The position numbers and the translations under genes are program-made. From positions 1 to 64,000 of the forward strand of contig CDMY01000479.1 of NCBI GenBank assembly GCA_001179505.1: a stretch of 64,000 bases of DNA, read 5' to 3'. The notes beneath the pieces were generated by a model. It saw nothing but the letters and a program-made list of their open reading frames with translations. It was not told where the DNA came from and made no database searches. Numbering within the stretch: position 1 is the stretch's first letter; each line of letters starts with the position of its first letter. Shown here in pieces: positions 11,120-21,781 of the stretch. Origin of the DNA: Vitrella brassicaformis CCMP3155 (Eukaryota > Protista > Chromerida).

Positions 11120-12132
11120 CTACTCTCTCAGACTGGCCGCGGTGGCGCGGTCCGCAGGCTTTGCAGCGGCAGGCTGTGCAGGGGCAGGCTTCACGGGCGC
11201 AGGCACCTTAGGTGCAGCCCCAGGACCAGGGGCCACTCTGCGTCGAGTATCGTCATCCACAGTGGGGCACTCGCCCTCCTTGGGAGGCGTCAGCTGGGCC
11301 GGCCTTCCCTCCGCATCGACGGTACAGTCACCGATGGCCAGGTTGTCGTCCTCACACTTATCGTCATCGTCGTCTGCGGCGCAGAAGTCGTCCCCGGTCA
11401 CGTAGTTGCCCCCATTGTTTTTACACACCACTTTGCCGAACACGCAATTCTTCTTGGTTTCGATTTCTGCATCATCGCCTTTGTTGTCGCTTATCAAAAC
11501 CCAATTCACAATATTCTCAGTGGCATCCCACTTGCCCTTGTTGTTGGTGTACTCGACGTTGTGCACGCGTTCCACGTCATCGGCATCACAGTCCACCTTC
11601 TCATCATCTTCATCGACGCATATGTCACCGAGGTGGAAGTTTTCCTCCGTCGTTATCTTGGTGTCTTGTTGTCGACTGCCCAGGACACGCAAGAGGAGAC
11701 AACACGTCGAGACGAGTTCTCTCTTTCTTCTTCCAGCTTACAGTAGACCCGGGGCGAGTCGTTGTTGAACAAGTCGAAGTCGCATTTGTTGTTTGTTATC
11801 CCGATAACACCCGTCGATATTCCGTCGCCGTCCACACAGTTCTTCTCAAGCACTATCTTCCCGTCACCAAGACCATCAATGACCACCTTTTGCGCGCAGG
11901 AGTTTTTCAGCGTCAGCCCAATAGTGTTACCGGCCCCTGCGACCACTGTGACGGTTTTTGCTGTCGCTCCCTCGACTGTCCGCCCGTCAGCAGGGATTGT
12001 CTCATCCTTGGCATCTTTGAAGTTGCACTGCAGATCGTCGCACGGCGAGGTCTGTGCGTTGGCGACGGCAGCGAAGAGGAGGGCGAGAGTGAAGCCGAAA
12101 GAGAGGCGGGCGAGGCGGGCTGAAGGGACCAT
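11120..12132 (-). CDS. Secreted Cys/Asp-rich protein with Pro-Ala-Lys repeat tail, paralogue B (2 coding exons; frame needs a shifted acceptor or has a 1-nt deletion)
   Basis: Signal peptide MVPSARLARLSFGFTLALLFAAVANA. Phase-1 donor at 11741, homologous to paralogue A. FHLGDIC, NIVNWV, NCVFGKVVC and DFC motifs; tail RRRVAPGPGAAPKVPAPVKPAPAQPAAAKP. Confidence 0.75.
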
Positions 12133-12422
12133 GATAGCGTCGGCAGCGGCAGCGGCGGAGGGCGAAGAGAGTGCTGCAGGATAGCTGCAGGAAGGGAAGC
12201 GGCAGAGCTATTGCGGCAGAGGCGTTGGGTGCGTTGGAAGAGGAAAATAATGGGACAGGACTTCGGCCTGACACAGGCTAATTGCTGAATACTTCTGTAT
12301 GCTCTTCTTGCTGATTCCTTCTGCACACACAGGCTGCCTCAGAGGCGTACTTGCTGACTCAGAGGCGAGACGCGGCCCGGGGGTGACTGGGGGCCACTGC
12401 GAGCTGGGGCGAACGCTTCGGA

Positions 12423-15110
12423 ATGGATGAAGCTCCAGCGCTGTCCACTGCTGATCTGGAAGCCCTTTGGAGCCACTATGACAAAGACGGTGAGACGGAA
12501 GCATTGAATTTGAATGAACATCTATTGTTCGTTCTGATTTGCTGCTCGTTCTCGTGTGTGGCAGGCTCCGGCGCGCTGGTTGGAGGACGCACGCATTGTC
12601 AAGTGGGGTGCAATGCATTGTGTCTTCTCCTTGTGCTTGACTGTCATTTAGAGTCCAGCAGAGGTGCGAGAGCTCATTGTCAAGATACAGCAGAAGGAGG
12701 GCCTGTCGGGCACACTCAACGACCACTACTTCGCCAAGGTCTTCAAGCTCTTGGATCCCGACGGCAACAACTCAGTCGACAAAAGCGAGTTTTTTGGTCA
12801 GTTCAACAAGTTCTGGAAGCACAGAAGGAGGTACCTCACGGTGAGTAAGGGGAGAGACGGCACCGCTGCGTGTTCTGGAATGATCTGATGGCGATGGTCT
12901 TCATGTCAGGGCGAGGAGGGAGGCACGATGAATCCTGCACCTGCGGCTGGTCCGGCAGAGACTGATGCGCTGACCGAGAGCGATCTGAAGGCGCTTTGGA
13001 ATGCGTATTCGGGCGGCGATGAGAAGATGGTAACACACTGACGCGCCAACCTCCACACGATTGGATATCGATTCCCCTCCTCCACTTCTGTCTGTTGTAT
13101 AGGACCACGGAGAGGTGCGCAAGCTGGTGGATCGCATCAGGGTACATACAAGCTGTTTAAGGCGATGTGCTCCATAGACTCACTTTGTCGAAAAACCGTG
13201 TTCTTGCAGGAGAAGGAGGGCATCCCCGGCACTCTGCAGGATGTGTACTACAAGAAGATATTCAAGATGCTCGACCCCGACAACAGCGGCTTTGTCGACT
13301 GGAGCGAGTTCAAAGCCAACTTCAATCGGTTCTGGAGACACAAGAAGAGATACCTCTCGGTGGGCGGGCGGTGGGTGCAGCACAGCAGGAAGGACAAGGG
13401 ACAAGGGACAAGCAGGCCTGCAATGTGCATTCAGGAGGGCGGTGAGATGGGTGAGCTCCATCTACGTATGGGGGCGGCGCTGCTGTTGACGAGCCGGAAT
13501 TGCGACAGCCAGAGCTGCGGGCGTTGTGGGACCACTACGACAAGGATAAGTCTGGCGCACTGGTGAGCTGGGGCCGGCACCAACCCTTTCAATGGGCCTG
13601 TCCTTCATGTTTTCCGGCGTCCTGCCTTCAGAGCCGCACAGAGCTTCGTGTGCTGTTGGAAAAGATCCGTGTGAGTGATTTCTGTTGTCTCTGTGTGAGG
13701 GTGTCGATGGAATATTCTGCCCTGCCCATCCATTTCTGCAGTATCGCGACGGCGAGCGAGAGGCCTTGTCGGACAGCTTTCTCAATGAGGTGTTCCGCAT
13801 GCTTGATCCGGACAACTCGGGCGAGATCACCTGGGAGGAATTCAGCACACGATTCAACGACTTCTGGACGAGACGAAAAAGACGGGTAGAGCGAAGAAGC
13901 GCACAGATCGATCCACGCGTATTTTGCCACTTCTGTCAGTCGGGTGCTGATGGTGTGAGCGCCGCCACGTCTGCGCCGAAGCTGACGGATGAGGAGCTGC
14001 GTACACTGTGGGACCACTATGATACGGATGGTTCCGGCTACCTGGTGAGACAACAAGGCATGGGATCAATGGGGGATCATCCATGAATGTCAGCCCCTTC
14101 TTGTGGTCAGGATCGTAACGAGATTCGTGTGTTGCTGGAGAAAATACGGGTACAGACATGTCGGTGTCTCGCATTCTTCTGCCTGTCTTTCCTTCTTTCT
14201 TTCTGACAGATCCGTGACGGCGTACCCGACCCATTGCCAGAGCCCTTCGTCCAGATGGTATTTCAGGAGCTCGATCCTGACGGCTCCAATCGCATCGACT
14301 TCGACGAATTTCGAGCCAAGTTCAATGACTTCTGGGTGAGTACAGATACATACATACAAGACGATCCGTCTCTTCTCCCCATACATACTGGACCGATCTT
14401 TTCTTGCTGTAGGTGCGTCGGTCTGGACGATTCATGGCCGCGACTCGTCCGTCGGCGACAGAGCTGAGGGTGAGGCAGGCCCGCATCATGATTGGGGTGC
14501 CGCTCTCGCTTGAGGCTCTGCGGCTCGATGAGAGGGCCGCTGGAGTGCGGCAGAGCCTCGAGAGCTGCCCTGGGCTCTTCTGGGGGCCAAATGCGCCACC
14601 CTGGAAGGGCCCACTGCCGTGGTGATGGCATGGATAGCTGCTGTGTCTGTCGTGTGGTGTGGTGTGGTGTGTGCAGATGATGGGGACGCCTCTCGGCAGG
14701 TGAGCGTCGCCCGCAGGCTGATTGATTTGTGGATGATAGATATGCACTTATGGACGATTCTGCGATTCCACAGAGTGGGCCACCTGAGCGACCCTTTTCG
14801 GTGCCCGCACTGTCAGCTGCCGATCAATGACGACAGACTAGCGGAGTATGTCAGGAGGAAAGAAGGTCAGCGAGCAATGTCTGTGTCTCACCGTAGTAGC
14901 TACGGAGAGATCTTAGTTATTCGCGTGTTTCTTCCAGGATTTCTCCACCGGACGGAGGAGGAGACGACTCTGCGACCCACCGCTCTGCCGCTGTACAGCC
15001 CGACGTTCTACCAAGGAATGTTCAAGACGGGTCGCACTTACGGCCCCGTGCCGCCATCCTTCTTCCGCTCGCCATACGACACGCACACGTGGGCGGTGCC
15101 CAAGACATAG
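12423..15110 (+). CDS. Multi-EF-hand Ca2+-binding protein with four tandem EF-hand-pair modules (3' end uncertain: 14625 or 15110)
   Basis: Loops DKDGSGALSPAE / DPDGNNSVDKSE, (degenerate YSGGDEKMDHGE) / DPDNSGFVDWSE, DKDKSGALSRTE / DPDNSGEITWEE and DTDGSGYLDRNE / DPDGSNRIDFDE. Each module starts L..LW.HYD and ends FN.FW plus basic residues. Confidence 0.82.
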
Positions 15111-15494
15111 ATAGAAGACAGAACATAAGTATGTTGGGTTCGTGGCATTCATTGTGACGTGGAAGGGCATTCATTGTGACGTGGGAGCTTGAAAGAGTGT
15201 ACGACCTAAAGATTGAGAGGGAGACTGACCGAATAGTGGATTGGTCCGTGTGCGTGTATGGGACTTCCTCTGTTTATCAGTAAGTATCATTCAAAAGATG
15301 CGTCTTCCTTGCTGGAAAGTCTGTGTCTCGTTCTGTGTTCGTCATGTACTCGGCATTCTTGTCTCACTCACGCAGCTCACAGTTAGGCGATTGGTAGCAT
15401 TCGAGAATGCATGAGAAACCTGTCTCGTTGCCGCACCCATCCGTGGTAAGAACAGCTATGGGACCATCTCTGCGCATTTGACTTTGTCTGTTTG

Positions 15495-16722
15495 AGCTGG
15501 GTTTGAGTAGATGCATGAAACGGGCGACGAAGTTCGTCTAAGCATCACTTCGTATCAAGCAAATGAAGCGAAACAATACATGCAGAAACAATGGACAGCG
15601 CTCGTTGACTGCGAAAACATGTCGCACACTGCAAACAAGCGCGAGACATGCAACACGACACGCACACTCAGAACCCAGGTCCAGCCAGCCATCTTACAGC
15701 CCCGCAGCTGACGAAGTCCTCCGAAAACGCGCTGGCCCTCCGTGGCCCTCTGGCGGCCGCCGCGCGCTGCGCACGACTCGCCACTTGAAACGCGTTGTGC
15801 TTCATCAACTCGACGGACAGGAGCTGGCTCCAGCGGTTGACGATGCTCTCTCGGAAAGCTGTGTCCTCCTCCATGGGAATGGATGTGGGGCGAGGCTTTC
15901 GTTTGGCGAGCATCTTGAGAAAATCCATGGTCTTGTCTCCCCATCTGCCGAATGTCTCCGCAGCGAGGGGCACGAAGCGGAAGCCGGCCGCTTGGGTGAT
16001 TGGTCCATACTTGTCGATCTTGTCTTTCTCNNNNNNNNNNNNNNNNNNNNNNNNNNNNNNNNNNNNNNNNNNNNNNNNNNNNNNNNNNNNNNNNNNNNNN
16101 NNNNNNNNNNNNNNNNNNNNNNNNNNNNNNNNNNNNNNNNNNNNNNNNNNNNNNNNNNNNNNNNNNNNNNNNNNNNNNNNNNNNNNNNNNNNNNNNNNNN
16201 NNNNNNNNNNNNNNNNNNNNNNNNNNNNNNNNNNNNNNNNNNNNNNNNNNNNNNNNNNNNNNNNNNNNNNNNNNNNNNNNNNNNNNNNNNNNNNNNNNNN
16301 NNNNNNNNNNNNNNNNNNNNNNNNNNNNNNAGCCGCCTTGCCACCTGGGAGCTGTGCACCACGCCGGTTGACTGTTCGGTGGAAGGGGATGGGGGAGTTG
16401 TCAGGGCGGCAGGGGTGGGCGACGGTGACGTCGAGCAGGTAATCACTGCCGTCGATCACACAATAGATGTCCATGCGCTGGTTGTTGGGGTTGTCGGCAG
16501 GCGGGGTGATGCCGAGGCTGTGCAGAGACACCTCCACATTAGAGGGAACATCTGCTTCAGCCAGGATGCGAACAAACAAGTTGCGCATGTTGTTGTGTCT
16601 CGTGACTCGCTCACGGCCCGTGTGACAGACGTAGAAGTGATCGCCAAACTTGTCCACCTCCCCGCCGCAGATGCATCGCTGCGAGACGGTTGCGTGCGGG
16701 AGGGCAATGCCGAGACACCCGG
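15495..16722 (-). mobile_element. 5'-truncated non-LTR retrotransposon, RLE (CRE-like) clade: CCHC zinc knuckle + restriction-like endonuclease
   Basis: ORF gives CICG..DKFGDHFYVC, RHN, RMD, LLDVTVAHP, E.DKIDKY and FVPLAAETFGRWG, the C-terminal motif series of RLE non-LTR elements. No RT domain is present. Flanked by a 13-bp direct repeat CTTTGTCTGTTTG (15482-15494 and 16723-16735). Confidence 0.88.
16031..16330. other. Assembly gap (300 N)
   Basis: Run of N inside the retroelement ORF. Confidence 1.
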
Positions 16723-17193
16723 CTTTGTCTGTTTGTTCTGTTCTGGCCGCATGAGCTATCGAATCGAGCGCCAGTGAGAAACGAGCTGCATCACACACAA
16801 GCACACAAATCTACCACAAAACACGATGAATGGCGCCTTTGTGAGCCGCACTGACCCTGCTGCTTGTCGACGGATATGCATCGGTGGCAATGAAGGAACC
16901 CGCACCTGCAGCCACGGACGAATGAGTGGATGGATATGAGCCACGTCGATCTTCCTTCTTCTGTGCCTTCCGCCATGCGTCAACGCACGCCCTCACCATA
17001 TTTGTCCTCATTCTGGTTGCTGGAGGCCAGCCCGAGGCTGGCGGCGGATCCGAAGCCGCCGTCGACGCTGGGTCAGTGCAGCGAGTCGAGATGGCGAGCG
17101 GCACAAAGGCGCAGCGTGCGCCTCTGGCCCCAAATCTGCGAGCCTTAGCCCCAAATTCAGTCCTCCCTTCTTCCCCCTCCGTTCTTCCCCCCG

Positions 17194-18928
17194 ATGACGA
17201 CAGCGCACGGGAACACCGACAAGGCGGGACCATTCTCCCACCTGTTCAAGCGCCGTTACTCATGTCCGAACATGCTCAATTCACTACCGATGACCAGGTT
17301 CAAGGACCTCGTCGACCAGGCCAAGCCACTTCTATGCGACCCCGATGCCCTCACCTTGGCGCAACTCGGCTCCCTCCTGCCGCTGGATTTGTGGCAACGC
17401 GTCGATATCAGCGACACCAAGGTGGTGCCCACGAGATGCATGTGACGAAGTAACAACACGTCGCATTGCTGCGCTTTGTGCATCCAACGCCAGGTGGGTT
17501 TCAAGAGGCCCGGCATCCACATCGTAACCCCATGGACAGAGACACGAGAAGGCAGGACCCGTTCTGTCTGTTGTGCTGCATTTCTTGGGTCTTTTTCAGT
17601 TGTACCGGTCAGATTGGCACCCCCCAATATGCCACTTCAACCACGGCACGGGTGAGTGGACGGACGAAGAGTGCATCCGCTTTAATCAAGATCTGTGGTA
17701 TGTGCACATCCTGCACCCGGTAAGCAAGGGCGAGGCGGGGCGGGGGATTTCCCAGGGCTATATGTCGGTGTGTGGATGTGTCATTCAGACCGTTGAGTTC
17801 CTCATGTGTAATAAAAGCCACAGCGAATGGGACAATGCGACCTCGCCGCCTCCTTTGCGACACAGTCAGCATCTGGGCAATGGGGACAGCGTCTAATGGA
17901 AAGAACCCACCCGACTTGCGGCTCTTCTGTCTGTCTGTCTGTCTGTCTGTCTGTGTCTTCTCGAATCAGAGTTCAGCTATCACGTCGAGAGAGGGGGGGT
18001 CTATTTGTTGCAAGGAGGAGAGCTGTATGGTCTGAGGTCTGGTGTGGATTATGTCGGTAAGAAGCTGATGAGAGACACACGGTTTTTCATCGAGAATCCA
18101 GCTGTTTGTTCGTCAGACTTGCTGTGTATCCTCGACAGAATGGCGCGGGCCTCAGCAGAGGCCCACGTTCTGTACTTCACCCACTGGACGTCTCCTCATA
18201 TCCACTTCCGAAAGCCCAACAGCCGCTGGACAGAGCCTGCGGGCATCGTGTGCAATGCGTTCTCCGGCCGCGTGTGGCATGCGGCCATGCCATTCTATCA
18301 CGTGAGCTGCACACCTCACAGAGACACCTGCACTCGCCTTTTGGGGGGTCGACGTGGTCTCATCCTGCTCTCACACAGGGGGTCAGCTTCCTCCTGCACG
18401 ACGGCGACGGCTCTTTCTGGGACCGCGCTCCTGGAAGTAAATGGAGAATGATAAACACACACCACAACGCGCAGTGGATATTTTATGGTTGATGGTGGTT
18501 TTTGGTTCCTGTAGATGGCAACTACGTTCTCCGAGACGCCGGCCTGTATCTGCTGGTCGAGGGGCGCATTCTTCGCCCCGAGTGCCTTCGTAGGCGGCAG
18601 AACCTTCTCCGCTTTGTCGTTCCTGGCTTGAAACTCGCACTAGCAGACGCCTCAGGTGCGACACACACGCGACCAATCTTGATCATCTGTGTGTCTCTTT
18701 CTATACGGTCTTTACAGCGGGACCGTTCGCCAAGCCGAGCATGGCGGCTTCTCCGGGCAGCAGCCCCACGTAACCAAACACCGCTGCTGCACATGTGGGG
18801 GGATCGCTTGCCTCATCTGTCTGTCGTTGTGTCTCAGCACCAGGACGACCCAGCCACCCAGCCTCCCGACCAGCTCCCCACCCGGCTCGCCTTCGTACTC
18901 ACCCAGCAGCAGGCCAGCAGAGAGCTGA
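17194..18928 (+). CDS. Protein with two tandem CBM25/26-like starch-binding modules (ends approximate)
   Basis: Module 1: IHILYRSDWHPPICHFNHGTGEWTD..W..TVEFLMCNKSHSEWDN. Module 2: AHVLYFTHWTSPHIHFRKPNSRWTEPAG..GVSFLLHDGDGSFWDR..DGNYVL..GLYLLVEGRI. Both match the recalled Y..W..P.IH.....WT...G / F...G..WDN..NY pattern of CBM25. Ser/Pro-rich tail. Confidence 0.58.
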
Positions 18929-19420
18929 CATTGGAAGCGGCGAGGCGCCTGACTGCCTGTCGGCCGAAGAGTCTCAGCGTTGTTCAGCTGTCTTTCAGCG
19001 GCGAGCAAATGGGGTGGCGGGGGATGGTGATGTTTTGGCCGCGTGCGATGCAATGTGGAGGTCGATAGATGGCGTGTGGGCAGCGAGGCGGAAAGGTGGA
19101 GACCTATGCAGTTTTCTGTGTGTGTGAAGCTCGTGGTGTGCGGTGTGCACGTGGTCATCCCATTTTGAATTCCACAGCTGTACACCAATCACGCACAGCA
19201 CACGGAATGCAGCGAGTCGCATCAAGTGCATTGCAGTGTGAGCCGACGATCGACCCGGGGAGAAATGGATGCACTGAGAAGGCAGAGAGGGAGGAGAGGG
19301 CAGCCCACAGCCAAACTGTCGGCAGAGAGACACCATCCATGCATCCCTTCATCCATGCACACAGATAGACTCTACAAGAGCAACACGTGCGGCCACCCGC
19401 CCCGCCCCCCGCCCACTGAC

Positions 19421-21781
19421 TCATTTGGCGGCTAGTTGCATGTTGAGACGGTACCCTCCCCAATCAGCTTGCTCACATGACCCGCCCGTCATCGTGTAGA
19501 GCGCTTTGCTACGATCGTAGCACTCCCAAGCAAACGAACGGGCGGCCTGGACCCTCGACCCGCCATCCTCCTCATCCAACTCAGCATAAAATGAAGTCCA
19601 CACTCGCTGCGCGAAGTGTCGACACCAACTGCAGGAATGACTGCACACCCTCCTTGCTATGCCACTGATTTATGTCGAGGGCATCGAGAGGGGGAGAAAC
19701 CAGGCGCTCTACACGGGGTGAGCGAAAGCTCCACTCCGCTGGCACGCTGGCTGGCCACTCATAGGACATAGGCTCGGCTATATCGACCTCACTAAGGCGT
19801 GGCACAGAGAGGTATGATAGCAGCTCACAGCCCACAGAGGCGCTAAACAATTCGCGGAAAAAGACTCTCTCGAGCCCCGCCAGCCCCCCGAAAAGACGGC
19901 TGAGCTTAGAAGGTGCAGAGGGCAGGTCAGAGAGGGAGAGAGTGCGAAAACTCACATCTATATGACGGACAGCTGGGAAGGATCGGCTCGCGGCGATGTG
20001 GCCCGCTCCATCCCTCTCAACCAGCCATGTGGGGATGCTCTCCACCACACCTGAGGCACTCGCTTTGATACGGAGCCAGAGGGATGTCGCGTTGCTGAAG
20101 ACGAGCTTGTCACGCCATGATGGGTGGATTGGTGTGCCACCGAGCAGCAGCCAGACCTGACACATACAGCAGACATACGTAGGGAGCCTTGTCTTGTTGA
20201 GATGCTCGACCTTTGCCCTTTTCTTCTACCCTTTTCTCTTACCTCCCCCGCCTCGGCCGCCAGCTGTTTCACTTTCTCTCCGTAGGGACCGTCAGGCGCA
20301 GGATGGGCGGGCCCAGCATCGCTGCTGCAGTCCACCATGAAGCGCGTACGTGTCCCGCCGCTCGAGAGCAGCCACCTCCGTGGCCGCCACTCCAGCTCAC
20401 AGCTCACCTCCGCCGCCCACTTGCCGACGACCTGCAAGTCGGCCGCGCGCTGCGTGCAATCCGCACCGATGTTCGGCTCAGACACAAACTCCAACCTCTT
20501 GGGCACATCTGCACCACACGAGAACGACGAAGACAGTCAGTCATTTGGTCACAAGTGCCCAACCAGCCTGTGTCAAGTCACCTTTCCTCTCTGGTTTGGC
20601 CCAGTGTTGGTCGAGGGCCTGCTTGAGCTGGTTGAGACGGCTGAACTGATTCATCTCGATCTCCAGTCCGGTGATGGTCTTGATATCAGGGCAGCGGCCG
20701 AGGGCAGCGGTGAAGTCGGCCCACTGGGGGTCGTCGAAACGCATCATCTCGGCCTCGAGCCGCTCGACATTGGGCGATTCCTTAATGAGGCGCGTGAGGC
20801 ACCCTGAGGACGTATCATACTGGGAAAGACGGCCGACTTGAAGACTCCTGAGCTGCGGGAGGGCCCAGCGACGAATGCTGCAGATAACCACAGCAACACG
20901 ACGATGTGACAGTTGGGTGCAGAAACCCATCTCCTTCTCCCCTGTTTGCAGACCTGCTGATGTGGCCAAGCCACTTTTCGGGCTGAATGTTCAGTCTTTC
21001 TAGGCTGGGAAATGCGGTGGGATCCCCTGAGGGTCGCGGCTGCGGTGGCTGGTGCGCACCCCATGTGTCGTCGTTGTCTTCATAGGGCTCGTGGCTATCC
21101 GGATACTTGTCCTCTGCAACATGCAGCTCCTTGAGCGTCTCTGCAGACCTCTCCAGCAGCTCGACCACACATTGCACCACACCGGACGCCTCCACATAGG
21201 CCGCCCGGATCTTGCCCTGCACACACACACACACACACCAAGCCAACAAATGTCACGTGCCACAGCTTTGCCAATGACACCACACTCCCATCTCACCAGG
21301 TGCTTCACTTCTCTCAGCTTGCGAATGGCCTGGTATTTGGCCTCCTCATCCTTCGTCATACTGAAGTGCCGAAACACACCAAAGGTCTCGTCGGTGGCCT
21401 TCTGGTGGGTCTCCTTGTTGACGCGCGTCAGGCGAGTTGCCATCATAGTCGTCAGAAACGAGCCCATGTGGCCCATGACGCCCTCGGGCAGTCCAGGCAG
21501 ACACGGCCGGCCGTAATTCTGACACACAGACACAACAGAGAGAGAGGGCATGCATGCGCTGGAGATGGCCTTATCTGTTTGTGTTTCACCTTTGTATTTG
21601 CTCCCCGCTGCTGTGTCGCTGCTGGTGCACCAGATACGCCAATCAAACAACCTGAAGGCGCGATGATAACGATGTTTGCTGCCTTCGGTGGGCCGGTGCT
21701 CATGCGTACCTCCATCACTACTGGCAGCAGCAGCAGCGGCAGCGGCAGGCGAGCTGGTCCCGACTCGTGAGCGCTTCCCAT
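19421..21781 (-). CDS. Lineage-specific F-box-like/LRR-like protein, copy 1 (apparent frameshift near C-terminus at 19588-19591)
   Basis: F-box-like LPGLPEGVMGHMGSFL and repeated L..L.L units (LKELHV, FPSLERLNI, LPQLRSLQV, FPAVRHIDV, LERVFF, LSEVDI). Exon phases are consistent and the inverted paralogue at 63004+ is closely similar. Confidence 0.6.

Noticed and set aside
11212-12123. 303-aa plus-strand ORF
   Set aside because: Antisense to secreted paralogue B.
15144-15184. 19-bp direct repeat GGCATTCATTGTGACGTGG
   Set aside because: Small local tandem duplication in a 3' region with no further structure.
15563-16777. 404-aa plus-strand ORF
   Set aside because: Antisense shadow of the retroelement ORF, inflated by the N gap; no motifs.
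15110-17190. Spliced-leader or snRNA gene as target of the CRE-like element
   Set aside because: No recognisable SL RNA, snRNA or tRNA features in the flanks by eye; needs an Infernal search.
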